From: Pseudomonadota bacterium
GTDB lineage: Bacteria; Myxococcota_A; UBA9160; SZUA-336
Assembly (NCBI GenBank): GCA_003247575.1
Contig: QJZC01000004.1
Location: 3,103 to 67,102 of the forward strand
Length of the DNA: 64,000 nucleotides
Direction of reading: 5' to 3'
In this document: piece by piece, positions 49,303 through 58,745 of the stretch
Numbering within the stretch: the first letter of the stretch is position 1
Layout of the letters: every line of letters starts with the position of its first letter
Notes under the pieces: generated by a model
Database searches by the model: none
Told to the model about the DNA's origin: nothing
The model's input: only the letters and a program-made list of their open reading frames with translations
Position numbers and translations under genes: made by a program

Positions 49303-50897
49303 TCTGGGCCGCAGGCGGGCTCGTACTCGGCGTGCTGGCGATGGGGGTGCACTTCGCCAGGCGAAACAACCAGGAAATGCACGCGTGGCTTGCCAGCGAT
49401 CCCTATGCGCGACGTCGCTGGGCTCGAGTGACAGCGACCTCGGTCGCCGCTCTGCTGTGTGCGCTCGCTTGGATGCTGTCACAGCGGATCCCTCCGGGAC
49501 TCGGACGCGGTGCGGGCGACACCGTGCTGGTGATCGACGTCTCACGGAGCATGCGCGCCCAGGACGTTCCGCCCAGCCGGCTACGCCGCGCGGCGCGTCT
49601 GGCCGAACGGCTCGTCGCACAGGAGTCGGGGCAGCGTGTGGGGCTCGTGCTCTTCGCGGGTGATGCCTTTGCGGCGCTGCCGCTCACGCTCGACCGCGAT
49701 GCTGCGTTGCCCTATCTGCGCGCCTTGGATACCGAGCTGATCTCCCGTCGCGGAAGCGATGTGGCCCGCGCACTCGAGGTCGCCGCCCGTCTGTTCGACG
49801 CCGAGTCCGAGCGTCCCCGGCGCATCCTGCTGATGTCGGACGGCGAGCATGCGGGGCCACCGCTGGCGGGCGTGCTCTCGCGGCTCAGAACGGCCGGTAT
49901 CCGGATCTCGGTCGTCGGTTTGGGCACACCGCTACCGGTTGCACTTCCGGCCGATCGCGACAGCCAGGTGCTCGTGGATGCGGCCGGCCGCGAGGTTCGA
50001 TCGGCCTTGCAGGCGGATCTGCTGCGCGAGATCGCACGCGAGGGGAGCGGGCGGTACTGGGACGAATGGCGCGAACGTCCCAGCGAGGCCGAGATCGGAA
50101 ATTCGCTGCAGAGGTCTGCCGCGGCCTCGTCGAGTGGCAGCGAGAGTTTCGTGCGGGTCCTTGCGCTGCTCGTCTTCTGCCTGCTCGCGTTGGAATGGCG
50201 TGCGAGCATGGCCCTGGCGCCGAGAGCTCGTGTGGGGCGACCGGGGCCCGCGCTCGCGCTGCTGGTCGGGGCGCTGCTGACCCTCGGTGCGAGCTACGAG
50301 GAACAGCTTCTGGCGGCGGACCATGCGCTCGAGGAGGGCGACGCCCAGTCCGCACTGCGGATCTATCGAGGTCTGGAGGACTCGCGCAAGCCGCACCCCG
50401 ACCTGGAGCTACGCATCGGGAACGCGCTCTATCGGTTGGGACGCTTCGAGGAGGCAGCTGCGTACTACCTCGCGCTCACTCGAGCGGACGTCGTGTCTGC
50501 GCCGCGGCTACGCTTCCGAGCACAGTTCAATCTGGGCAATGCCTTCGCCGAGCTCGGGCGCTACGGAGAGGCGGCGAACGCCTTCTTTGCCGCGCTGCGC
50601 GAACAGCCAGGGCACCGAGAGACGCTCTTCAACTACGAGTGGGTGCTCGAGCGTGTCGAGGCCGGTGGGGGGGGAGAGGGAGAGCTCGATCCGAGCGCCG
50701 ACTCCGAGGAGGCGTTGGCTGCGCTCCCGTCGGATGGAGCGGGCAGCTCCGAGCTCGCGCCCATGGGCGATCTGGAAGCAGAGCGCTGGCTCGCAGGGCT
50801 CGAGGATCGACTCGACGACGTGCTCCGCGATCAGATCGAGCGCGAGCTATCAATGAGCGGACAGGAGGGTGAGCCCCCAGGAGGTCAAGCCTGGTGA
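49299..50897 (+). CDS. VWA + TPR protein (BatB-BatC fusion)
   Basis: DVSRSM..QDV.PSRL, LPLTLD, MSDGE, then TPRs IGNALYRLGRFEEA and FNLGNA. Confidence 0.85.
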   Translation: MIWAAGGLVLGVLAMGVHFARRNNQEMHAWLASDPYARRRWARVTATSVAALLCALAWMLSQRIPPGLGRGAGDTVLVIDVSRSMRAQDVPPSRLRRAARLAERLVAQESGQRVGLVLFAGDAFAALPLTLDRDAALPYLRALDTELISRRGSDVARALEVAARLFDAESERPRRILLMSDGEHAGPPLAGVLSRLRTAGIRISVVGLGTPLPVALPADRDSQVLVDAAGREVRSALQADLLREIAREGSGRYWDEWRERPSEAEIGNSLQRSAAASSSGSESFVRVLALLVFCLLALEWRASMALAPRARVGRPGPALALLVGALLTLGASYEEQLLAADHALEEGDAQSALRIYRGLEDSRKPHPDLELRIGNALYRLGRFEEAAAYYLALTRADVVSAPRLRFRAQFNLGNAFAELGRYGEAANAFFAALREQPGHRETLFNYEWVLERVEAGGGGEGELDPSADSEEALAALPSDGAGSSELAPMGDLEAERWLAGLEDRLDDVLRDQIERELSMSGQEGEPPGGQAW

Positions 50898-52360
50898 GAT
50901 CGGCGTGCGTCGCGGCGGCGTGCGCAGTCGTGCTGGCGGTGTCGGGGTTCAGCTCTGCCGAGGAGCCTACGGTCCCTCCAGCACCGTCAGCGGTACCGTC
51001 CGCGACTCAGGCGGAGTCGCGACGGCGCGAGGCTTTTCCTGAGGTGCCAGAGCCTTCTGCTGCGCAGATCCGTTGGTCGCGAAGCCCGGTACGCGTCGGG
51101 CAGCAGGTGATGCTCGAAGTGATGCTTCAGCACTCGGTCACGCAGGAGCCACGCTGGCGAGCCCCCGAGTTCGCCGGCTTCCTGGTCGAACGTCTACCCG
51201 CCCAGGGCAGCGCTCTGGAGCGGGACCTTCGTGGGCGCGCGGTGCGCACCACGAGGTTTTTCCGTGTGCTGTTTCCGACTCGTCCCGGCCATCTCGAGGT
51301 GCCGGAGTCAGCCATCGTGCTGCAGGATCGTCGCGGAGTCGAAGTGCGTGTGGTCGTGCCCTCAGCCGCACTGACTGCGGAGTCCCCGCCACTCGAGGGT
51401 CGCCCCTCGGACTTCCGCGGTGCGGTCGGGGACGTGAGTGTTCGCATTGCGCGGCTGGAGGACAACGTGAGCTTGCGAGGGTATATCCCGCTGCGTGTCG
51501 ACGTCGTCGCGACCGCGCATCCTGCGCAGCTAGCGGAGCCGGACTTTGCCGAGCTCCTGAGCGAAGCTGGGGAGGTGTTTCCCGAGCGCACCCAGACCTC
51601 GATGGCAGTGCGACAGGGAGAGCTGGTCAGCCGACGAACGTATCGCTTTTCGCTCGTACCGCGCCGAGTCGGCGAGCTCACCATTCCGGCGCTCTCGCTC
51701 GCGTACTTCGATCCGATGCTGGAGCGCTACCGCTTTGCCACCACTGCACCGCTAACCGTCGAGGTCGTGCGAGACCCGGCCGTCGAGCCGCCGCCGGCGG
51801 AGTCTCTCGACGCCCGTGACCCCGTTGGACGAGAGGCTGCGGACGACGATGCGAGCGCCGCGGGCGGGGCGGGCGACGTCATGCCGATCCTCGCCGTGGG
51901 CTGGACCGTGCTGCGCAGCGTCGCCCTCGCTTGTGCGCTGATCGGACTCTTCCTGGTGCAGCGCCGGCGGCGGAGAAACTCCTCGATGGATCAGGCGCGA
52001 ACCGCAAAGCCGACTTCCCGGGCGCGCGCAGAGCCTGCTGAGGCGGTGGGCTCCTCAGCGACAGAGCTCTCGGCGCGCGAACGCGTGCGCGCTGTGCGAG
52101 CCGATCTACGCGAGTACCTTGCGGTGCTGCACGGTCTGGAGCTGTCGGCCGTGAGCACGTCCGAGCTCGCGCGGCGTATTCGAGACGACGAGGCCATCGA
52201 GATCCTGCAGCGCCTCGACCGGCTGGCATTCGCTTCCGAATGCTCCGAAGCGGAGCTCTCCAGCTGGGCCGAGCGTGCTCGGAGGTATCTCGAGTCCGCG
52301 GATACGACGGCGCGACACCCCCTACACGAGTGCACGCCTCCGGTGTCCGGCGGACACTAG
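50894..52360 (+). CDS. BatD family protein
   Basis: Signal peptide, LFPTRPG, RPSDFRGAVG, IPALSLAYFDP, C-terminal TM. Confidence 0.8.
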   Translation: MRSACVAAACAVVLAVSGFSSAEEPTVPPAPSAVPSATQAESRRREAFPEVPEPSAAQIRWSRSPVRVGQQVMLEVMLQHSVTQEPRWRAPEFAGFLVERLPAQGSALERDLRGRAVRTTRFFRVLFPTRPGHLEVPESAIVLQDRRGVEVRVVVPSAALTAESPPLEGRPSDFRGAVGDVSVRIARLEDNVSLRGYIPLRVDVVATAHPAQLAEPDFAELLSEAGEVFPERTQTSMAVRQGELVSRRTYRFSLVPRRVGELTIPALSLAYFDPMLERYRFATTAPLTVEVVRDPAVEPPPAESLDARDPVGREAADDDASAAGGAGDVMPILAVGWTVLRSVALACALIGLFLVQRRRRRNSSMDQARTAKPTSRARAEPAEAVGSSATELSARERVRAVRADLREYLAVLHGLELSAVSTSELARRIRDDEAIEILQRLDRLAFASECSEAELSSWAERARRYLESADTTARHPLHECTPPVSGGH

Positions 52361-52428
52361 TGCACTGTCGTCCTCTCGGCGTCTCGGCGTCGTGCTGCAT
52401 GGCGGGCGCGGAGAGGTGTCGCGGCTAT

Positions 52429-52455
52429 TTCAGCCGGGATCGACGAGGCCGATAA
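52429..52455 (+). promoter_or_regulatory. Candidate sigma28 promoter of the FHA-cyclase gene
   Basis: TTCAG-N14-GCCGATAA; perfect -10 element. Confidence 0.55.
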
Positions 52456-52527
52456 GCTCCTGGTGCCGGTGCGACCTCTGCTGCGGCACACGAGCTGGTG
52501 CAGAACCGGGTCTTGTGGGGGGGCTGA

Positions 52528-53571
52528 GTGTCGGCGTCGCGAGCCCAGATCGTCGTGATCATCGAGGGACAGACAGAGCGCGTCCTCGACGTGACGGAGG
52601 TCTTCACGATCGGGAGATCGTCGAAGAGCGATCTCGTGATCGACCAGCTGGACTGCTCGCGACAGCACGCCGAGCTGCGCCGCTTGGGGGAGGGCAAGGT
52701 CGTGCTGGTCGATCTCGGTAGCCGCAACGGCTGCTACGTGAATGGTGTACGCATCGAGGGGCGACATACACTCGAGGATGGAGACCGGATCGACATCGCC
52801 GAGGTGATCCTGCGCTTCGCTTGTGACCCACCCGAGAGTGCCTCGGCGAGGGGTCCAGCCGGGGTCGATCTCGGGGTCTCACTCGACGAGTCGACCGCCG
52901 TGCTCGCAGGTACGGGCCCGGATCTCTTCGAGGGTGTTGCTCCGCTCTCCGATCGAGACGATGGCGTATGTGCGATCGTCGTGGTCGCGGACATCACGGA
53001 CCGCAAGGAGATTGGACCCGAGCGCGCGAGCGATCCGCGCGAGGCCTTCGTGGTCGATTGGATTCGCGATGTGGACCGCGTGCTGGAGCGCTCGGGGGCC
53101 GCTCGTTATCACTCGCACCCAGATTCGGGTGCGCGCATGTCGATCGGCTACTGGCTTGTGGATCAACCAGAGAACCCAAAGCCCGATGTGCGGCTGGCGC
53201 TACGCGCTGTGCGCCAGGCGATCGCCCTGGCTGTCGAGGCAGCTCCGCTGGTCGCAGCCGGTCTCGGCGGTGCTTCATTGGTGCCGGCGATCGGGATGCA
53301 CCTCGGCACGATGTATCTCGACCCACTGCCCGGCGCGCGAAACGGGAGCTGGGAGATCTCGGGAGAAGCCCTCGACTCGGCTGCGTCGCTCCGGCGCACG
53401 TGCGAGCGTCTTCGGGCCGGGGTGCTGGTCAGTGGCGAGATCGTCGGCGCGCTGCCCGGGCTCGCGCCTTGTACGGCTCCCTGCGCGGAGCGGATGAACG
53501 GAGCTGACGCGGGGGTGGTTCCGCTCGGCTACAGCATCGATTTGGCACGCGTGGGCTCCGTCCTGGCCTGA
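52528..53571 (+). CDS. FHA domain + degenerate class III nucleotide cyclase domain protein
   Basis: FHA motifs IGRS, SRQHA, DLGSRNG; cyclase-like VVVADI, IGMHLG, ISGEALDSAASL. Confidence 0.8.
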   Translation: MSASRAQIVVIIEGQTERVLDVTEVFTIGRSSKSDLVIDQLDCSRQHAELRRLGEGKVVLVDLGSRNGCYVNGVRIEGRHTLEDGDRIDIAEVILRFACDPPESASARGPAGVDLGVSLDESTAVLAGTGPDLFEGVAPLSDRDDGVCAIVVVADITDRKEIGPERASDPREAFVVDWIRDVDRVLERSGAARYHSHPDSGARMSIGYWLVDQPENPKPDVRLALRAVRQAIALAVEAAPLVAAGLGGASLVPAIGMHLGTMYLDPLPGARNGSWEISGEALDSAASLRRTCERLRAGVLVSGEIVGALPGLAPCTAPCAERMNGADAGVVPLGYSIDLARVGSVLA

Positions 53572-53588
53572 GCCCGCAGCCCGTCGGA

Positions 53589-54113
53589 CTAGCGATCGAC
53601 GGGCGCGGGCTCCGAGCGCGTGCACACATCGAGTGTGTAGTCGAGCATCCGGTCGCCATCGAACAGAAAGCGGCCCGAGAACCGCCGCTCCTCGAATAGC
53701 CAAGGCAGCCAGACGCTCGTGTCTTCCCACATTTCTGTGTAGGGTATGGCGCCGATGGGGAACCAGTGAGGGCGCGCTTCGTCGGTCTCCGAGGGGACGC
53801 CTCGAATCGAGTCGGCGCGGAAGACGTCGAGGTGAAGTGATAGTCCGGTCAGGAACTGGATGCGGTGTTCACCTGCCCAGACCAGGTTCTGGGGGGTTAC
53901 GCAAAGCTCTTCCTCGACCTCACGGATTCCGCATGCCTCCAGCGATTCGTCGGGTTCGAGACGACCTCCGGGGCCGTTGATCTTGCCGGCTCCGAGGCCC
54001 CGCTTCTTGCGGATGAGGAGGATGCGGTCGTTCTCTATGACCAGAACCTCTGCCGCCCGCATCTCCGCGCGCCAGCGTTCCCAGTCTATGTCCGACACCC
54101 TGCGCCAGTGCAT
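53589..54113 (-). CDS. NUDIX hydrolase, 8-oxo-dGTP diphosphatase (MTH1-like)
   Basis: KKRGLGAGKINGPGGRLEPDES...REVEEE, IPYTEMW. Confidence 0.9.
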   Translation of the reverse strand: MHWRRVSDIDWERWRAEMRAAEVLVIENDRILLIRKKRGLGAGKINGPGGRLEPDESLEACGIREVEEELCVTPQNLVWAGEHRIQFLTGLSLHLDVFRADSIRGVPSETDEARPHWFPIGAIPYTEMWEDTSVWLPWLFEERRFSGRFLFDGDRMLDYTLDVCTRSEPAPVDR

Positions 54114-54195
54114 CCGCGCACTTTGCCACAGTCCCGCTGGTGTCGTGCCTCCGAAATGAGCGTCTCTCCCCGTTGTTGGCCCGCGGTCGAGACGT

Positions 54196-54792
54196 TCAGG
54201 CGTAGGCTTCGGCGTGTTCTGACTGGCGCGCTCTGTGCCGCGCGACCTTGGTTCGGTTGCCGCAGATCTGCATGCTGCACCAGCGCCGCGCGTGATTTCG
54301 GCTGGTGTCATAGAAGAGGAGTTCGCAGGGATCCTTCTGGCACACGCGAAGCAGGGAGGTCTCGGCCTCGACGACGAAGCTGGCGAAATCCTCGGCGATT
54401 GCGGCCAGAATACCGTCCGCCCCCGAGCTGACGAGCTCCGATTGGGAGCTCCATTCTCCACTGCGCTTGCGCAGCTGGATGATCCGTGGATGATCGCGCA
54501 GTAGGCCATTGACCCGCGAGATGGTGGAGGGGCGGGGCCGAGCCCCGTCTAACATCTGTTTTGCCGCGCCGACCAAGGTGGTTCGCAGGGCGCGCGCGTC
54601 GCGTAAGATGCGCTTCTGCTCTGTGCGCGATACGGACTTCGGGAGCGAACGCTTCGTGCCGAGGTCGATCACACCGGCTTCGAGTGCCCAAGCCAGTAGA
54701 TCCTCGAAGGTAGTTAGACACTCTTCATCGTGACTGACTCTGGTGTTCACGAAATCGATCCAGACCGAGTTTCCGATGAATTGAAAGTCCAT
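54196..54792 (-). CDS. ABATE domain / CGNR zinc-finger protein
   Basis: IDFVNT at the N-terminus; C....C...FYDTSRN..RRWCSMQICGNR.K. Confidence 0.93.
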   Translation of the reverse strand: MDFQFIGNSVWIDFVNTRVSHDEECLTTFEDLLAWALEAGVIDLGTKRSLPKSVSRTEQKRILRDARALRTTLVGAAKQMLDGARPRPSTISRVNGLLRDHPRIIQLRKRSGEWSSQSELVSSGADGILAAIAEDFASFVVEAETSLLRVCQKDPCELLFYDTSRNHARRWCSMQICGNRTKVARHRARQSEHAEAYA

Positions 54793-55336
54793 TCGCCCGC
54801 TGCCCCCTGAATCTGTTGTCTCTACACGTTTTGCTCGGGTTTGCGGCCGAGGTGGAGGGTCTCGCGCCGACCTCCCCCCGCCATGTCGCAGACCCTGAAA
54901 GCGCCGACCCTGAATCGCGCCTTGATTCTACGCACTCGATCCGTATGAACTCCTGCAGCGCTCGAGCATGCGCGATGGCCTTCACGCGAGCAACCCACGA
55001 CAGCATCCGAGCACTATAAGTGAAGCAACGATGGTACGGAAGCGGAAGGAGTCATTCGGTGAGTAGATGGTCAGTCGATCGACGCGAGACTACTGCGAAG
55101 CTGGGCGGCGCCACCACTGCGTGTACGACCTGGTGAGTCGGTGGTCGGTGTGCCGGATCTAAGCATTTTCTCTCGAAACTCTTTGCGGTTGTCCGTTTGG
55201 GAAGCCGAGAGGGGTCCCAATGCCAGTGACTCACCCGATCTATCCCTGGGTTGCTCGGCGAGACACGCCAGGAGGGGACCAGGGTCAATCGCGAGCAGCT
55301 GCCTCGAGCGCAGCGGCCGCGAGCAGGGTCGCAGGC

Positions 55337-56023
55337 TCAGGGTTGTGTTGGCGCCTCGCTCTTTGAACGCTGGGAGGCGCGAATGAGGCTTGCCGCGATG
55401 TCGGCCGCATCCAGCGCACGTACGACGTCTCGGCGCTCGGTCCAGCCGCGCGCTGCGAGTTCTGACTCAATTTGACCTGCCCCCTTGCCCTGAAACAGCA
55501 GGTAGAGAACGAACTCCGTGACTTCGGTCGGCACCGAATGGAGGCGGACCTGGGCCAGCGCTCGATTGGCTAGCCGCAGGGCGACGTATGTGGTCAGACC
55601 AATTTCGCCAATCCACAGACTGAGATTCATCCAAGTGCCGGGGCGCAAGCCGAAGACCACGGACTGCTCGGCGGCGCGATACGCCATGAACGCAAAGAAG
55701 CTCGGATAGCTCCCCGATACGCCCGAGATCGACTGTAGATACAGGCCGACGTCGAACAGCAGGTAGATCAGGGTGCTCGCTGCCCACGCCATGCGCCCAA
55801 CGGAGACCGGGTAGCGCCCGAGGCGGATTCCCAGGGCGAGTGCGCCACCGAGGACCAGCCCGAGCCCGACGTTGTAGACGAAGAAGACGTAACCGAACTG
55901 GGCGAGTCCGAGCAGGACGAGTGCCAGTACGCAAGCGGACGAGAAGCTGAGCACGTACAGCGGGAGCGCGCTCGGCGGCGCGAGGTCGAGGGGTTCGGGT
56001 AGACGCTTGGGCGCTTCGTACAT
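55337..56023 (-). CDS. Hypothetical integral membrane protein
   Basis: About four hydrophobic segments and a C-terminal helical cytoplasmic domain. Confidence 0.75.
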   Translation of the reverse strand: MYEAPKRLPEPLDLAPPSALPLYVLSFSSACVLALVLLGLAQFGYVFFVYNVGLGLVLGGALALGIRLGRYPVSVGRMAWAASTLIYLLFDVGLYLQSISGVSGSYPSFFAFMAYRAAEQSVVFGLRPGTWMNLSLWIGEIGLTTYVALRLANRALAQVRLHSVPTEVTEFVLYLLFQGKGAGQIESELAARGWTERRDVVRALDAADIAASLIRASQRSKSEAPTQP

Positions 56024-56043
56024 TGAACGAGGACGATCCTATT

Positions 56044-56580
56044 CTACATGGTCGCTCGCGTGGAGTGCGAAGCGGGAGCCCCGAGCCCAGAGGCTCTGGA
56101 TTCGCGCCATTGGCGGCGCACTTCGTAGGCTGCGACGGCCGCACTATTCGACAGATTGAGTGAGCGCAGCTCGGGGTCCTCCATCGGAATCTTGAGCAGC
56201 TGATCGGTGTAGCGGTCGCGGATCGCCGGCGGAAGCCCGGTGCTCTCACGGCCGAGGACGAGCACGGCGGGGCGCGGATACTCGACGTCGAGATAGCTCC
56301 GATTTCCTTCCGAGCTCAGAAAGAAGGCCGTTCCGAGGCTGCCCATCTCGGCTTCGAAGCTGCGCCAGTCTTCCCATACGCGAGGTTTCACGCGTGGCCA
56401 ATAATCGAGTCCGGCGCGTCTCACCTGGCGGGCGTCGAGCGAGAACCCGAGCGGCTCGATCAGGTGCAGCTGCGCACCGACCGCGAGGCAGGTGCGACCG
56501 ATGGCTCCAGTGTTGAAGTGGATCTCTGGGTGAACCAGGGCAATGTGGAGCTCGCGCGCGGTCTGCGGCAGGGGAGGCAC
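56044..56580 (-). CDS. trmL: tRNA (cytidine(34)-2'-O)-methyltransferase
   Basis: PEIHFNTGAIGR, PLGF, RRAGLDYW, GRESTGL, RSLNLS. Confidence 0.95.
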   Translation of the reverse strand: MPPLPQTARELHIALVHPEIHFNTGAIGRTCLAVGAQLHLIEPLGFSLDARQVRRAGLDYWPRVKPRVWEDWRSFEAEMGSLGTAFFLSSEGNRSYLDVEYPRPAVLVLGRESTGLPPAIRDRYTDQLLKIPMEDPELRSLNLSNSAAVAAYEVRRQWRESRASGLGAPASHSTRATM

Positions 56581-57234
56581 CTAGCCGCGCTCGCGCCGCC
56601 CTCGCGCTGCTTCGACGCGACGGAGGTCCTCGGGGTCGTTTACGTTCGCGAGACACTCCAGGCTCGCATCGATCTGCGCGAGGATCGAGAGCGGCACCTC
56701 CACCCGCTCGCACTGCGTGACCAGGCTCTTCAGGCCAAGCTGGCCTGCCGCAATTCGCTCGAGTACTCGGGGGAGCAGCCGGCGCCGGTAGATCGCCAGA
56801 AGCGGCTCGGGTCCGTGCTCGCCGATCGGAATCACGACATCGTATGCGGTCGAGTCTGCAGCCAGCGACAGCAAGCCGAGGAGGACGGACGCAGACAGGT
56901 TCGGCATGTCGCAGGCGGTGACCAGTACCCAGGGCGCCCGCGCGGCCGCCAGCGCGACTGCGACACCGACGATCGGGGCCCGCACGGGTTCCACTCCCAT
57001 GAGATGGCGGTTCCAGAGCTCGTGGTCCCGCAGGAGTGGGCGGGTCACGTCCGCAGGAGCGGAGGCCGCTCCGTCGTGCAGCACCAGTGAGACGTGCGCG
57101 AGGCAGTCGCCGAGCGCCGTGGTCACATGATAGGCCAGCGAGTGATCACCGAGCACGACCGCCGCCTTGTCCGATCCCATTCGGCTCGAGCGGCCTCCGG
57201 CGAGCACCGCACCTTCGACGTGGGTCAGGATCAA
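56581..57234 (-). CDS. mobA: Molybdenum cofactor guanylyltransferase
   Basis: LAGGRSSRMGSDKA, ACDMP, EPLLAIY, NVNDPEDL; TTGA overlap with the moeA stop. Confidence 0.92.
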   Translation of the reverse strand: MILTHVEGAVLAGGRSSRMGSDKAAVVLGDHSLAYHVTTALGDCLAHVSLVLHDGAASAPADVTRPLLRDHELWNRHLMGVEPVRAPIVGVAVALAAARAPWVLVTACDMPNLSASVLLGLLSLAADSTAYDVVIPIGEHGPEPLLAIYRRRLLPRVLERIAAGQLGLKSLVTQCERVEVPLSILAQIDASLECLANVNDPEDLRRVEAARGRRERG

Positions 57235-58514
57235 AACCCGGGAGTGCGCCGCATGTCGCTGCGGTCGAGCATCTGCACCTGGACCCGCGTGCCAGCCGGA
57301 ATGTGGGTCGCCTCCTCGGGAAGAATCATCAGGCCCTGCGCCTGCACCATCGAGAGCAGGATGCCGGAGCTCTGATCCCCCGAGACGAACGCGTAGACCT
57401 GTCCCTCGCGTATGCGCAGGAGCACGCGCACGAAGTGCATGCGCCCAGCGGCCTTCTCGAAGTCCTCGGCGAGGATCGCGCTTTCGACGGGTCGGAAGAT
57501 CTCGTTGTGCCCCATCATGCGGAGCAGCGCTGGACGTACGAACTGCTCGAAGCTGACCAGGGTCGAGACCGGGTTGCCGGGGAGGCCGAACACGGGGACT
57601 GCACCCACCATGACGAAGGCCAGAGGAGCGCCCGGCTTCATGCGCACGCGCCACAATCGGAGAGTTCCGCCGAGTTCCGCCAGCACCTGCTTGATGAAGT
57701 CGTGGTCGCCGACGGATACGCCACCGGTGGACACGATCGCGTCGAAGCGCAGCGCGTCCCGGAATGTCTCACGCAGCGCATCCGGACGGTCCGGCGCGAT
57801 GCCGAGGTAGATCGGATCAGCCCCCGCCTCTTCGATGCAAGCGCGCAAGCCGTAGCTATTCGAGTTTCCGATTCGCCCGTCGTCGATGAGCCGATCCGGC
57901 TCCACGAGTTCGTCGCCCGTCGCGATGATCGCGACCCGCGGGCGGCGGAAGACGCGGACTTGCGTGCGTCCGAGTGCGGCGAGCATGCCGATCAGGGCGG
58001 GCCGTAGCCGAGTACCCGTGGCTGCAATGGGTGCGTCGGGAGCGACGTCGGACCCCGCGCGCCGAATGTGGTCACCGCTGCGCGCGGCCTTGAGCACCAA
58101 CACCTCGCCGTCGCCGGCTTCGGTGTGCTCCTGCATGACGACGGCATCGGCTCCCGGCGGAATCGGTGCGCCCGTGAAGATGCGCATCGCCTCGTTAGGG
58201 CCGAGGGCGCGCGAGGTTGCGTGGCCGGCGGGGATCGTGTCCACGACCCGCAGGGTCGCGGGCACGCGCGCCGTGTCGTCGGAGCGCACGGCATACCCGT
58301 CCATGGCCGAGTTGTCGCGGGGGGGAATCGTGCGCTCCGAGACGATCGCCTCCGCGAGCACGCGTCCCGTGGCGTGGCCCAGCCCGACCGTCTCGGTACC
58401 CAGGGGGCGCAGGGAGCCCAGCATGATGTCCCGCGCCTCGGCGACCTCGACGGCAGTCCGCTCGGCGGCCTGAGGGGATTGTCCATGACCGGGCTCTCGT
58501 GCGGGCTCGCGCAT
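57231..58514 (-). CDS. moeA: Molybdopterin molybdenumtransferase
   Basis: NSAMDGYA, RIFTGAPIP, TGDEL, GGVSVGD, GLPGNPVS. Confidence 0.96.
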   Translation of the reverse strand: MREPAREPGHGQSPQAAERTAVEVAEARDIMLGSLRPLGTETVGLGHATGRVLAEAIVSERTIPPRDNSAMDGYAVRSDDTARVPATLRVVDTIPAGHATSRALGPNEAMRIFTGAPIPPGADAVVMQEHTEAGDGEVLVLKAARSGDHIRRAGSDVAPDAPIAATGTRLRPALIGMLAALGRTQVRVFRRPRVAIIATGDELVEPDRLIDDGRIGNSNSYGLRACIEEAGADPIYLGIAPDRPDALRETFRDALRFDAIVSTGGVSVGDHDFIKQVLAELGGTLRLWRVRMKPGAPLAFVMVGAVPVFGLPGNPVSTLVSFEQFVRPALLRMMGHNEIFRPVESAILAEDFEKAAGRMHFVRVLLRIREGQVYAFVSGDQSSGILLSMVQAQGLMILPEEATHIPAGTRVQVQMLDRSDMRRTPGF

Positions 58515-58534
58515 GATCTCTCCCGAGGGTAACC

Positions 58535-58583
58535 TGCCTAGTTAGTAGGCAATCTAGTTTTCGATGCGCCCGAATTTCGGGCG
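58535..58583. promoter_or_regulatory. Tandem NtrC-type enhancer sites
   Basis: TGCCTAgttagTAGGCA (58535-58551) and CGCCCGAAtTTCGGGCG (58567-58583); two 17-bp palindromes 32 bp apart. Confidence 0.7.
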
Positions 58584-58701
58584 TTCCAAAGGCTCGCAGG
58601 TACCCACCGAGCGGCTCGCCTCCGCCGCGAAGCTCCCCAAAAGCCGCCTCTCTGGGCTGGAGCGTCGCCTCTGGCGGAGAAATGAGCAAGAACGCTCAGA
58701 G

Positions 58702-58717
58702 TGGTTTGAAGCTTGCA
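58702..58717 (+). promoter_or_regulatory. Sigma54 promoter of dusB-ntrB-ntrC
   Basis: TGGtttgaagcTTGCA, GG-N10-GC, about 30 nt before dusB. Confidence 0.6.
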
Positions 58718-58745
58718 GCGCCAGTGTGGGAGTCCAACGGCCGTG

